Assembly (NCBI GenBank): GCA_016789365.1
Contig: JAEURH010000002.1
Span: 27,007 to 91,006 of the forward strand
Origin: Anaerolineales bacterium
Lineage (GTDB): Bacteria > Chloroflexota > Anaerolineae > Anaerolineales > Villigracilaceae
Length of the DNA stretch: 64,000 nucleotides
Direction: 5' to 3'
Below are positions 9,908 through 20,350 of the stretch, one piece after another. The notes under the pieces are model-generated. The model made no database searches. It saw only the letters and a program-made list of their open reading frames with translations, and was not told where the DNA came from. A program made the position numbers and the translations under genes. Each line of letters begins with the position of its first letter. The first letter of the stretch is position 1.

Positions 9908-11286
9908 TGACTACACTACTAATCAAAAACGCATACATCGTTACTATGGACGATAAGCAAACCGAAATTCCAAATGGTGGAATATTTATTCGTGATGGCA
10001 TCATTGAAAAAATTGGTCAAGCATCCGAACTGCCAAACACAGCCGATGAAATTTTAGATTTGAAAAATCATGTCGTCGTGCCGGGGTTGGTCAATACACA
10101 TCATCATTTTTATCAAACCCTCACGCGCGCTGTCCCCGCCGCGCAAGATGCAAATTTATTTAATTGGTTGAAAACTTTATACCCGATTTGGGCAAAGATT
10201 CAACCTGATGATATTTTCACTTCGACTCAGACTGCGTTAGCAGAACTTGCGCTTTCAGGATGCACCACTGCATCTGACCATTTATATTTATATCCAAACG
10301 CCTCAAAACTTGACGACGAAATTGATGCGGCACTTCAACTTGGGGTTCGGCTACAAGCATCGCGCGGGTCAATGAGTCTCGGTGAGTCACAAGGCGGTTT
10401 GCCACCCGATTCAGTTGTCGATACAGAAGAAGCGATACTAAAAGATTCGCAACGTCTCATCGAAAAATATCATAATGCTAAGCATGGGGCTATGACTCAA
10501 ATCGTTTTAGCGCCTTGCTCGCCATTTAGCGTGACGACTGACTTAATGAAACAATCTGCAAAACTTGCGCGTGAGTATGGCGTGCATTTGCACACCCACT
10601 TAGCCGAAACAGAAGACGAAGAACAATTTTGTTTACAGAAGTTTGGGCATCGTCCAGTGGGTTATATGCAAGAAGTTGATTGGGTCGGCGATGATGTTTG
10701 GTTTGCACATGCGGTCTATGTCAACGATGAAGAGATAAAAGTTTTTGCCAAGCATAACTGCGGCGTGGCACATTGTCCCACATCCAATATGAGGCTGGCT
10801 TCAGGCATTGCGCCAATCAAAGAATATCGCAAAGCAGGAGTCAACGTTGGCTTGGGTGTGGATGGTTCCGCATCAAACGATGGTTCGCATTTGCTTTCAG
10901 AAGTGAGAAATGCTATGCTGGTATCACGGGTTAAAGAGGGCATCACAGGTTATTCACTCTCAAATGACCCGAATAGAAAATTGATGACTGCGCGTGAGGC
11001 ATTATATTTAGGAACTCGCGGTGGCGCGGCAGTTTTAGGAAGAAATGACATTGGTAGTTTAGAAGTTGGAAAATGTGCTGACTTTTTTGCCGTCAATCTA
11101 AATCAACTTGGCTTTGCTGGTATGCATGACCCCGTTTCAGCAATTGTCTTTGGTCAACCTGTGCGTGTGGATTACACTGTTGTAAATGGAAGATTTGTTG
11201 TCAAAGCAGGTCAATTGGTGACAGTGGATGAAGGCAAGATAATTGAACGTCACAACCAAGCGGCAAAGAGATTGTTAGAAAGTTAA
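9907..11286 (+). CDS. 8-oxoguanine deaminase-type amidohydrolase (AtzB/SsnA-related)
   Basis: NTHHHFYQTLTRA, APCSPFSV, HTHLAET, AHCPTSNMRLASG and DGSASND. Confidence 0.9.
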   Translation: MTTLLIKNAYIVTMDDKQTEIPNGGIFIRDGIIEKIGQASELPNTADEILDLKNHVVVPGLVNTHHHFYQTLTRAVPAAQDANLFNWLKTLYPIWAKIQPDDIFTSTQTALAELALSGCTTASDHLYLYPNASKLDDEIDAALQLGVRLQASRGSMSLGESQGGLPPDSVVDTEEAILKDSQRLIEKYHNAKHGAMTQIVLAPCSPFSVTTDLMKQSAKLAREYGVHLHTHLAETEDEEQFCLQKFGHRPVGYMQEVDWVGDDVWFAHAVYVNDEEIKVFAKHNCGVAHCPTSNMRLASGIAPIKEYRKAGVNVGLGVDGSASNDGSHLLSEVRNAMLVSRVKEGITGYSLSNDPNRKLMTAREALYLGTRGGAAVLGRNDIGSLEVGKCADFFAVNLNQLGFAGMHDPVSAIVFGQPVRVDYTVVNGRFVVKAGQLVTVDEGKIIERHNQAAKRLLES

Positions 11287-11295
11287 AAGTGAAAC

Positions 11296-11595
11296 ATGCC
11301 AGCACTGATTTTTGGAATGTTAGTTGTACTTGCTTTAGTGCTTTCTATATTTGGGCTTATTAAAAATAAAACTTGGCTAGTAGTAATTGGCGCAGTTTTA
11401 TTTTTGCCTTTCGTTTATTATTTTGGTGGTTCACCAAATACAAGGATTATTATTGTCTTGCCGTTTTTGCACTTTGGTTCGGCGTATGCTTTATATCAAA
11501 ATAACAAAATGATGGCATGGAGTTTATTTTCACCAGTTATTTTCTTTGTATTGTTTGTGATGGGTATTGTTGTTATAAATCAATTTGGGAATTAA
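11296..11595 (+). CDS. Small hypothetical membrane protein (about 4 TM)
   Basis: Highly hydrophobic 99-aa ORF that fills the intergenic space. Confidence 0.7.
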   Translation: MPALIFGMLVVLALVLSIFGLIKNKTWLVVIGAVLFLPFVYYFGGSPNTRIIIVLPFLHFGSAYALYQNNKMMAWSLFSPVIFFVLFVMGIVVINQFGN

Positions 11596-11608
11596 GTTGG
11601 AAGATAAG

Positions 11609-13195
11609 ATGAAACAAGTAAAAGAAAATTCACTCATTATTTATGCTCTAGTTGCTTTTTATGGATTGCTTGTGCTTCGTAGTGCATGGGTTTCCGATGA
11701 TGCCATTATCACATTCCGCGTGGTGGAAAACTTTTTAGCAGGTTATGGCTTAGGTTACAACCCGTTTGTGCGTGTGCAGGCGTTTACACATCCGTTGTGG
11801 ATGTTTTGTATTTCGTTTGCCTATTGGGTAGAAAGACTATTCATTCCCAGTATGCCAAACGCTTTGTTTTATATAACATCCTTGCTATCGGTTTTGATTT
11901 CTGTACTAGCAGTTTATTTTCTACTAACACGTATCTCAAAGCCAAATATGCTGTCACTTGTACTATCAACGCTCACGCTAAGTCTTTCTACTAGTTTTAT
12001 TGATTACTCCACCTCTGGACTAGAGAACCCATTAACACATTTGCTACTTGTGCTATTTATCGTCATTTATTTTGCTGAAAGTCCGAACCTCTTACTTTTA
12101 TCTTTTGTCTCCTCTCTGATTATGCTCAACCGTATAGATGCATTTGCATTGGTCGCCCCAGCCTTGCTGTATGCTTGGTGGATGTCTCCTTTGCGGAAGA
12201 ATAACTTAATAAAAATTATGATTGGCTTTATCCCAATCGTCTTATGGGAACTATTTTCACTCATTTATTTTGGTTTCCTTGTGCCGAATACAGCCTTTGC
12301 TAAGTTAAGCACAGGCATATCTGACGGTGCTTTGATTTTACAGGGGTTTGATTATTTATTAAACTCTATCAACTGGGACCCCATCCTATTCTTCACGGTT
12401 GGTTTGGCGGGGGTCACTTTGTATTTTGAAAAGAACTGGAAGCAGATTTTCTTATTTGCAGGCATTCTGCTATATGTAGCCTATGTCGTCAAAATCGGTG
12501 GCGATTTTATGGCAGGTAGATTCTTAACCGCTCCGTTGCTGATTGCTACTGCGATTCTTTCAAGCCAGCTTGTGGGGAAGAGAATGCAATTAGCCAATTT
12601 TGGAATTTTAGTTTTATTAGGTGTTTTTTCTTTGCGTTCCCCATTGTGGTCATCCAATATGGTCTTGTATCTGCCTGAGTACCCCATCAGTGACAGAAAT
12701 GATGTCTCTGACCAACGCTTACACTATTTTGGCAATGAGCGAAAAGGTCAATTTAATAGTTTTATTGAAAATGGTTTTAGGGATGTAGAGGATGAAAAGT
12801 TGGGATCACGTTTTGCTGGTAGCGAATGGCAGTTTACGGGTTATCAACAAGTATCTATTGCAGATGCGCTGGGAAAACCTGGTTATGGTAAAGGTCCCAA
12901 TGTTTACATGATAGATAATTACGCATTGTCAGACCCAATTTTGGCACGTTTGCCCGCTATCTCATATTGGTATCCAGGTCACTTCCGCCGTGAAATTCCT
13001 GAAGGTTATATTGAAACTTTAGAATCAGGTGAAAATCAAATTGCCGACTCGAACTTGGCTTTGTATTATTCAAAATTGCAGGTCTTGATTACTGGACCAA
13101 TTTGGGATTGGAATCGCATAACAGAAATCTGGAAGTTCAACACTGGGCAGTATGATTATTTGTTAGATTTATATAACACAGAGATGTCTAATTAA
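11609..13195 (+). CDS. GT-C superfamily integral membrane glycosyltransferase (AftB-like N-terminus)
   Basis: SDDAIITFRVVENF..GYG..YN...RVQAFTHPLW, SGLENPL, GGDFMAGRF and GHFRR; start moved to the ATG at 11609. Confidence 0.7.
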   Translation: MKQVKENSLIIYALVAFYGLLVLRSAWVSDDAIITFRVVENFLAGYGLGYNPFVRVQAFTHPLWMFCISFAYWVERLFIPSMPNALFYITSLLSVLISVLAVYFLLTRISKPNMLSLVLSTLTLSLSTSFIDYSTSGLENPLTHLLLVLFIVIYFAESPNLLLLSFVSSLIMLNRIDAFALVAPALLYAWWMSPLRKNNLIKIMIGFIPIVLWELFSLIYFGFLVPNTAFAKLSTGISDGALILQGFDYLLNSINWDPILFFTVGLAGVTLYFEKNWKQIFLFAGILLYVAYVVKIGGDFMAGRFLTAPLLIATAILSSQLVGKRMQLANFGILVLLGVFSLRSPLWSSNMVLYLPEYPISDRNDVSDQRLHYFGNERKGQFNSFIENGFRDVEDEKLGSRFAGSEWQFTGYQQVSIADALGKPGYGKGPNVYMIDNYALSDPILARLPAISYWYPGHFRREIPEGYIETLESGENQIADSNLALYYSKLQVLITGPIWDWNRITEIWKFNTGQYDYLLDLYNTEMSN

Positions 13196-13213
13196 TACAA
13201 AGGAGTTAATCGT

Positions 13214-15004
13214 ATGACTTCTTCCACCAAACTCACCCAATCATTAATTGATGTTGCCATGGGGCGTACCCATGCTGAACTTGTGATTCGGAATGGCAAA
13301 TGGGTCAGTGTGCAATCAGGTGAAATTATTGCGAATACTGATATTGCTATTATCAATGGAAGAATTGCATTTGTGGGTAGAGATGCAAGTCATACCATTG
13401 GTAAGAAAACAAAAGTTATTGATGCAAATGGAAAATATTTAGTACCCGGGCTGTTAGATGGCCACATGCATGTTGAGTCTGGGATGGTGACTGTCACAGA
13501 ATTTGTGCGAGCAGTTGCTGTTCGTGGCACAACCGGTATGTTCATTGACCCGCATGAAATTGCAAATGTATTTGGTCTAAAAGGCGTGAAGTTGATGGTA
13601 GATGAAGCCCAAAAGCAACCGATTCATGTGTGGGTGCAAATGCCTTCGTGTGTGCCATCTGCTCCTGGGTTGGAAACTCCGGGTTCATCTATTGGACCGA
13701 AAGAAGTAGCGATTGCGATGAAATGGAAAGGCATTATCGGTTTAGGCGAGATGATGAACTTCCCCGGTGTGTTTATGGGTGATACAAAAATGTTGGACGA
13801 AATGTCTGCGACACATGCGGCGGGAAAAGTGATTGGTGGGCATTATGCTTCACCTGATTTGGGGATTCCATTTCACGGTTATGTCGCTGGTGGTGCGGAA
13901 GATGACCATGAAGGCACACGCATGGATGATGCGATTGCAAGAGTTCGTCAAGGTATGAAAGCGATGTTGAGATATGGCTCCGCTTGGTTTGATGTCGCTG
14001 CGCAAGTGAAAGCTATTACTGAAAAGAAATTGGATTCGCGTCGCTTCATCTTGTGTACAGATGATTCTCATGCTGGGACATTAACCTCCGAAGGACACAT
14101 GGACCGTGTGCTGAGACATGCTATCTCCGAAGGTTTGAATCCGATGACTGCGATTCAAATGATGACGATTAACACCGCTGAACATTTCGGTATGAGCAAA
14201 GAAATGGGCATGATTGCACCGGGCAGATATGCTGATATTTTGTTAGTCAATGACTTGATGAACTTTGGCGCAGACCTTGTCATTGCAAAAGGGCAAGTGA
14301 TTGCAGAGAATGGCGAATGGCAAATCAAATTGCCGAGTGTGAAATATCCAAGTTGGGTGACGAATTCTGTCAAGGTGAAGAGAAAACTCACAAGCCAAGA
14401 TTTTGTTCTCCGAAGCAGAGCCAGTGATGGGTCAGAGATTGAAGCGAATGTAATTGGAGTCATTGAAAATCAAGCACCGACTCGTCATCTTAAAATGAAA
14501 GTCAAAGTAGAAGATGGTGAAGTCAAAGCAGATATAAATCGTGACATCGCAAAAATTGCTTTGGTGGAACGCCATCGTAAAACTGGAAAAGTTGTGGTGG
14601 GTTTGGTGAGCGGATTTGGCTTTTTGCGAAGATGTGCGATTGCATCAACAGTGGCGCATGATAGCCATCACATGATTGTGGTGGGGAATGATGAAGAAAG
14701 TATGGCGGTTGCCGCGAATGAATTAGCAAGATGCGGTGGTGGTCAAGTGGTTGTTGTAGATGGTAATGTGATTGCTTTGGTTGAGATGCCGATTGCGGGT
14801 TTGATGTCTAACGAACGTGCGGATGTGGTTGCCGAAAAAGCAAACAATGTTTTAGAAGGTTTCAAAATGTGTGGCAGTGAATTGAATAACCCAAATATGC
14901 AATTGAGTTTGTTGGCGTTGGTGGTCATCCCCGAATTGAGAATTTCAGATAAAGGTTTGGTGGATGTGACGAAGTTTGATTTTATTCCTGTGTTGGAAGA
15001 TTGA
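13214..15004 (+). CDS. ade: Adenine deaminase
   Basis: DGHMHVES, DPHEIANV, GLGEMMNFPGV, DHE, CTDD, STVAHDSH and LVVIPELRI. Confidence 0.95.
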   Translation: MTSSTKLTQSLIDVAMGRTHAELVIRNGKWVSVQSGEIIANTDIAIINGRIAFVGRDASHTIGKKTKVIDANGKYLVPGLLDGHMHVESGMVTVTEFVRAVAVRGTTGMFIDPHEIANVFGLKGVKLMVDEAQKQPIHVWVQMPSCVPSAPGLETPGSSIGPKEVAIAMKWKGIIGLGEMMNFPGVFMGDTKMLDEMSATHAAGKVIGGHYASPDLGIPFHGYVAGGAEDDHEGTRMDDAIARVRQGMKAMLRYGSAWFDVAAQVKAITEKKLDSRRFILCTDDSHAGTLTSEGHMDRVLRHAISEGLNPMTAIQMMTINTAEHFGMSKEMGMIAPGRYADILLVNDLMNFGADLVIAKGQVIAENGEWQIKLPSVKYPSWVTNSVKVKRKLTSQDFVLRSRASDGSEIEANVIGVIENQAPTRHLKMKVKVEDGEVKADINRDIAKIALVERHRKTGKVVVGLVSGFGFLRRCAIASTVAHDSHHMIVVGNDEESMAVAANELARCGGGQVVVVDGNVIALVEMPIAGLMSNERADVVAEKANNVLEGFKMCGSELNNPNMQLSLLALVVIPELRISDKGLVDVTKFDFIPVLED

Positions 15005-15040
15005 AAATTATTTAGCCACAGAGGTTTTGAGATTGTTTTT

Positions 15041-16555
15041 ATGAAAAAAGTACGAGTAGCAGTATTTATTATTTTGATAATTTTGTTAATGGCATGTCAA
15101 CCAAGTGTTGATGTGCCATTAACTGCTACTTCTACTCCAAAACCAACAAATACTCTTATTCCACCTACTGCCACTATAACCCCATTTCCGCCGTTGGATG
15201 AAGAAGGACCTTATCTAATATTAGAAAATTTTTCTGAAAAAGAAATAATTATTTATGATGGCGATGGTATTGGAAGAAAAAATATTGAATTACCCAAAGA
15301 CTCACATACAGGATTATTTTTTCCTTATTCAATCTCACCAAATGGAGAATGGATGGCTTTTTTTACAGGTTCGATTGGTTTAGTAGATGGATTTAAAGAA
15401 AATCTCCCTGTAACTATAAAACTTCTCAACTTAAGAAATAATAAAATAGTAGAAATTACAAATATTGTAGCAGAAGGCTATCAAGAAAAACTTGAAAAAG
15501 TAATCGATGCTTTGAAAGCTCAGTTTCCCAACTATTTTCAATCTGATAGTGATATAGATTTGAGTGGAGCAATCACATCAACTTTTCCATGGGGCATTTA
15601 TTCAGTAAAGTGGTCACCAAATAGTCGTTATATCGCCTTCGCAGGTCAAATTGATGATGTATCTTCTGATGTGTATATATATGATATTGAAGGTGATGAA
15701 ATAAAAAGAGTAAATGATGATATTCAAAATGTGAGTAACATTAGTTGGTCACCAAATAGCGAATACGTAATTTTGTACAATCAAATGCCGGATCACTTGT
15801 TATATGGAAGTACGTCTATGCATTTTATTAAGTTAAGTGATATTCTTGTTAAGAATCCGAAATCTTTATGGCAAGATACTTGGGGAGGAATTGTTGATTG
15901 GCTCTCAGAAGATACTTTACTTATGACAGGTGGAACACATACAGCAGGAAATAGTCAATTATTAACTCTTAATATTGAAACTGGTAAAACCAAAGTGTTT
16001 TGGGATGAACTGTATGGAGAAACTGCTATTGACCATCAAAATAGTATTATTGCGATGACAACAACTTACTATAATCCTCCTGAAAATCCAGGAATTTATT
16101 TTATAGGTTTTGAAGGGAAAAACGATTTAGTATTTAATGGCTATTATTACAACATTGTTTTTCGTGGAGGAGAAAAATATAGATTTTTAGCTCTGGAATA
16201 TCCATCGAAAAATAATGAAATGTTAAAATCTCTAGCTTTAGATGGAACGACGAAACAACTAAGTTACCTTGAAAATTATAAGACAAGTATTTCACCAGAT
16301 TATTCTTGGTTAATAGTTTATAACAATGAAGAAATAGACTTGTATGATGAAAATGACGATTTTGTAGCAAACTTAGAAATTTCTGGTGTTATAGATATTA
16401 CATGGCGATTAGATTCTAAAGGCTTTTTCTATTCTACCGGGAAAGATTTTTATTACTTTGATATGCAAGAGAGGGGTTCAAATTTTGTAGATACTTGTAT
16501 TACGGAAAATTGTTTTTTTCATTTCGATGAGCGATATTCAATATGGGTACCTTAA
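15041..16555 (+). CDS. AT-rich lipoprotein with TolB/WD40-like beta-propeller repeats
   Basis: Lipobox LLMAC, a Thr/Pro linker and repeated (W)SPN/SPD motifs. Confidence 0.75.
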   Translation: MKKVRVAVFIILIILLMACQPSVDVPLTATSTPKPTNTLIPPTATITPFPPLDEEGPYLILENFSEKEIIIYDGDGIGRKNIELPKDSHTGLFFPYSISPNGEWMAFFTGSIGLVDGFKENLPVTIKLLNLRNNKIVEITNIVAEGYQEKLEKVIDALKAQFPNYFQSDSDIDLSGAITSTFPWGIYSVKWSPNSRYIAFAGQIDDVSSDVYIYDIEGDEIKRVNDDIQNVSNISWSPNSEYVILYNQMPDHLLYGSTSMHFIKLSDILVKNPKSLWQDTWGGIVDWLSEDTLLMTGGTHTAGNSQLLTLNIETGKTKVFWDELYGETAIDHQNSIIAMTTTYYNPPENPGIYFIGFEGKNDLVFNGYYYNIVFRGGEKYRFLALEYPSKNNEMLKSLALDGTTKQLSYLENYKTSISPDYSWLIVYNNEEIDLYDENDDFVANLEISGVIDITWRLDSKGFFYSTGKDFYYFDMQERGSNFVDTCITENCFFHFDERYSIWVP

Positions 16556-16570
16556 TCAATAGGAGACTTT

Positions 16571-17290
16571 ATGGCAAATTTTCCTTTTCAACGTTTGCAA
16601 GTTGACCTTGCAAAAATAATCAACAAAACGCCGGCAGGTCAACGCTTGCCTTCTGAGCCAGACCTTGCAAAACAACTTGGCGTGTCACGTGCTACGTTAC
16701 GTGAAGCCATGCGTTCATTTGAAACGCAAGGTTTGCTTCGTCGCAAACAAGGTTCTGGCACGTATGTCGTTGGAAAAATCAAAGCGCTTGATAGTGGCTT
16801 AGAAATCCTAGAAAGCATTGATACGCTTGCCAAACGTCAAGGGCTTGAAGTGTCGCTCAGTGATTTGAACATCGAAACCATTCAAGCCGATGAAGAACTC
16901 GCTTCTACATTTCGCGTCAAAGAAAATGCAAAACTGACTCGTATTCGCCGCGTCATTCGCACCGAAGGCAGACCGATTGCCTATTTAGTGGATACATTGC
17001 CTGAAGATTTCTTGTCTGCGAAAGATTTGCCAACGGGATTCAACGGCTCAGTGCTTGACCTGTTACTTGGTCGCGGTGACTTGTTAACTTCTTCTCGCGC
17101 CGACGTAAGTGCTATCGGTGCTTCGGCAGATGTTGCTAAACCACTTGAAATTCAACGTGGCGATGTGTTACTTCATTTCAATTCTCAATTGTTTGATGAA
17201 AACGGCAAGATGGTAGATGTTTCGATGAGTTATTTTATCCCCGGTTATTTTCATTTTCATATTGTAAGAAGAGTAGGAAATAATAGTTAG
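16571..17290 (+). CDS. GntR family (HutC/UTRA) transcriptional regulator
   Basis: LPSEPDLAKQLGVSRATLREA..GLL.RKQGSGTYV plus a UTRA-like C-terminal domain. Confidence 0.93.
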   Translation: MANFPFQRLQVDLAKIINKTPAGQRLPSEPDLAKQLGVSRATLREAMRSFETQGLLRRKQGSGTYVVGKIKALDSGLEILESIDTLAKRQGLEVSLSDLNIETIQADEELASTFRVKENAKLTRIRRVIRTEGRPIAYLVDTLPEDFLSAKDLPTGFNGSVLDLLLGRGDLLTSSRADVSAIGASADVAKPLEIQRGDVLLHFNSQLFDENGKMVDVSMSYFIPGYFHFHIVRRVGNNS

Positions 17291-17349
17291 AAAGTTTTCA
17301 GGTTTCAAATTTTGAATGTTGAAGCTTATAAATCACTCAAGGAGAAATA

Positions 17350-18549
17350 ATGGCAGATAAAGTTTTAGAAATCCAAAAACGTGTGCAAGCTGCACGAGAA
17401 GATATGATTCAATTTATGTTGGAGATTTGTGAAATCCCAAGCATGGATTCGCAAATTGGACCAGTCGGTGAAAGAGTTCAAGCCGAAATGAAAAAACTCG
17501 GCTTCGATGAAGTTCGCTTTGACAAAATGGGCAACACCATTGGAAGAATAGGGAGTGGCAAAAAAGTCATTGTCTATGATTCACATATTGATACCGTTGG
17601 TGTTGGTGACCCATCTATGTGGAAATGGGACCCATTCAAAGGCAAAATTGAAGATGGGATTTTATATGCGCGTGGTGCTTGTGACGAAAAAGGTTCCACC
17701 CCTGGCATGATTTATGGCTTAGCCATGGCACGAGATTTAGGTTTGCTTGATGGCTGGACTGCTTATTACTTCGGTAATATGGAAGAATGGTGTGATGGCA
17801 TTGCTCCCAACACATTTGTAGAAGTTGACCCAAAAGTGAAACCTGATTTCGTTGTGATTGGTGAACCGACCAAAATGCTGACCTATCGCGGGCATAAAGG
17901 TCGTTTGGAGATGAAGATTACATCCAAAGGAAAATCTGCACATGCGGCGAGTAATCATCTTGGTGATAATGCCATTTATAAATTATTGCCAATCATTGCA
18001 GGCATTCGAGATTTAGAACCTCAACTCGGTGACCACGAATTTTTAGGGCATGGAAAAATTACAGTTTCAGATATGCATGTCAGGACTCCATCAATCAATG
18101 CAGTGCCTGATGAAGCCGTGATTTATATAGATAGAAGAATGACATTTGGTGAAACGAAAGAAGTTGTAAGAAAACAAGTTGAGGATTTAATCCCTGCTGA
18201 ATTCAAAGATACCGTCAAGTTAGAAGAATTATTTTATGATGAACCATCTTATACAGGTTTTGTTTTTCCAGTTGATAAATATTTCCCTGCTTGGGCATTA
18301 GAAGAAAATCATCCGCTAGTAGAGGCTGGACAAACAGCACGCAAGTTGATAGGTCTGCCTGAAGCGAAAAGCGGCAAATGGAATTTCTCTACGAATGGAA
18401 TCTATTGGGCAGGCAAAGCAGGTATTCCATCAATAGGATTTGGTCCTGGCGATGAAGAGACAGCACATACTGTCAATGATTCGGTTTCATTAGAAGATAT
18501 GGTCAAAGCCACAGAGTTCTATGCAATTCTACCTAGTTTGATTAAATAG
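17350..18549 (+). CDS. ygeY: YgeY-family M20 metallohydrolase
   Basis: DSHIDTVG, RGACDEKG, EEWCDG, EPT..YRGHKGR, SYTGFVFP...YFPAW and KWNFSTNG, matching YgeY as I recall it. Confidence 0.85.
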   Translation: MADKVLEIQKRVQAAREDMIQFMLEICEIPSMDSQIGPVGERVQAEMKKLGFDEVRFDKMGNTIGRIGSGKKVIVYDSHIDTVGVGDPSMWKWDPFKGKIEDGILYARGACDEKGSTPGMIYGLAMARDLGLLDGWTAYYFGNMEEWCDGIAPNTFVEVDPKVKPDFVVIGEPTKMLTYRGHKGRLEMKITSKGKSAHAASNHLGDNAIYKLLPIIAGIRDLEPQLGDHEFLGHGKITVSDMHVRTPSINAVPDEAVIYIDRRMTFGETKEVVRKQVEDLIPAEFKDTVKLEELFYDEPSYTGFVFPVDKYFPAWALEENHPLVEAGQTARKLIGLPEAKSGKWNFSTNGIYWAGKAGIPSIGFGPGDEETAHTVNDSVSLEDMVKATEFYAILPSLIK

Positions 18550-18575
18550 AGATTTATTAATAAAAGGAGGATGAT

Positions 18576-20327
18576 ATGAATTTACGACAACAAATAATTC
18601 GAGATAGAGTAGAAAATATATCTACTCAACTTGGAGAAGGATTAGATTATTCATTTTTAAGGTTAGCTTATTCTCTGTTTACAAACCGAAGTTTGTTTTC
18701 TTTTCAATCTGCAGACTTTGTTGATGGCGGACAAGATAAGCAAATTGATGTTATTACAATTGAACAAAGTGATAACGAAATAAATATATATATATTACAA
18801 GTAAAAAATGAAGATAGTTTTTCTTCTAATAGTTTAATAGCAATGCATAACGGACTAAATTGGATATTTAATAAATCACGTTCTGAAATAAATAAATTAT
18901 CAAACATTAAGTTTCGGGACAAGATTTTAGAAGTAAGAGCATTACAGAGCGATGTTGGTCCTTCAAATATTAATGTAATAGTTGGTTTTATTACCCATGG
19001 AGATACTAAAAAAATTCGCCCAAAAGATGAATTTAGCCAAGAAAAAAAATCTATTGAAGAACATTATGATAATGGAACATATGCGAGTTTTAAACTACTG
19101 GTGTGGGGTGTTGATGAATTAGTTAGCCAAATTAATATGTTAGAACGAAGCGAAAGAAAAATAAATGCTGACTTGCGTATACGATATGATGCAAACAATC
19201 CATCAGTTATCAAATATTATTCCTCTGAATTAAAGGGTTTAGTATGTACTGTCTCAGCATATGAAATCGCTGACATTGTAAATAATGACCCTGAAGGTTA
19301 TGTTTTTGATTCAAATATTAGAAAGTACAAAGGCAAAAAAGGAGTTAATAAAGACATATTAAAAACTGCGACATCTATAGAAACTGCATATCAATTTTGG
19401 TTCTTAAATAATGGACTAACTATAGTTTGTGATAATTTTGATCCAGTTACAGATCCTGATCACCCTCATGTAAAAATTAAGAATATGCAAATTGTTAATG
19501 GCTGTCAAACAGCTACAACATTAGCTGAGGCTGCAAAATCTGGAAAACTAATAAAAGATACTCGAGTCGTTGTAAGAATTTATGAAACTATAGATAGTTC
19601 TTTAGTTGACCAAATAGTCTTAACAACAAATAATCAAAATAGAATTACAGCTAGAGATTTGAAATCTAATCACCCAACACAATTTGATATGGAAAAAAGT
19701 TTCTTAAAATATGAGTTTTATTACGAACGAAAGCCATATCAATATAAAAAAGATGTTGCTGTAAGTAAAATAGTTGTAAACGAAGTTGTAGCACAAAGCT
19801 ATTTGGCTGTTGTATTAAAGAAAATATCAGATGCTAGTCGAAGAAAATATAAAGTTTGGGATGAATATTTTGAAGAAATATTTGCAGGTCGTTCTGAAAT
19901 TGAACCTTATATTTTCTCTTATTTACTTTATAAACAAGTTGTAGGATGGCTTGAACTATATTACGAAGACTCCTCTGATGATTTGGTAAGAAAATTAGCG
20001 AAGACATCGGATTTTCATGTTTCACGAATCGCCGCCTTTTATTGTTTGGGAGGAGATAATTGGCGAGACTCTAAAAAGATAACAAATTTGATAGAAACAT
20101 ATTTGAAATCGCCTAATTTTCTTGAGAGAAAAAGAATGGATAAAGACTTCATAAAAAAATATGAAGAAAACCCAAATTTCCTCGATGTTTATATTGATAA
20201 AGCGTTTAAAAAATTTGTATCTTTGATTCGAAATAAGAAGAAATATGCGATTGATGTTGAAAATGCCCTTAAGTCATATACATTAGATGAAGATATTCAG
20301 AGTATGTTATATAAACCTAAAAAATAA
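18576..20327 (+). CDS. AIPR (abortive infection phage resistance) family protein
   Basis: N-terminal DGGQDKQID...LQVK nuclease-like motif; core NIRKY.G, FWFLNNGLTIVC, QIVNGCQT and TNNQN.I...DL.SN; visibly AT-richer than its neighbours. Confidence 0.88.
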   Translation: MNLRQQIIRDRVENISTQLGEGLDYSFLRLAYSLFTNRSLFSFQSADFVDGGQDKQIDVITIEQSDNEINIYILQVKNEDSFSSNSLIAMHNGLNWIFNKSRSEINKLSNIKFRDKILEVRALQSDVGPSNINVIVGFITHGDTKKIRPKDEFSQEKKSIEEHYDNGTYASFKLLVWGVDELVSQINMLERSERKINADLRIRYDANNPSVIKYYSSELKGLVCTVSAYEIADIVNNDPEGYVFDSNIRKYKGKKGVNKDILKTATSIETAYQFWFLNNGLTIVCDNFDPVTDPDHPHVKIKNMQIVNGCQTATTLAEAAKSGKLIKDTRVVVRIYETIDSSLVDQIVLTTNNQNRITARDLKSNHPTQFDMEKSFLKYEFYYERKPYQYKKDVAVSKIVVNEVVAQSYLAVVLKKISDASRRKYKVWDEYFEEIFAGRSEIEPYIFSYLLYKQVVGWLELYYEDSSDDLVRKLAKTSDFHVSRIAAFYCLGGDNWRDSKKITNLIETYLKSPNFLERKRMDKDFIKKYEENPNFLDVYIDKAFKKFVSLIRNKKKYAIDVENALKSYTLDEDIQSMLYKPKK

Positions 20328-20350
20328 TTTCTTACAAAAGGAGATAAATT

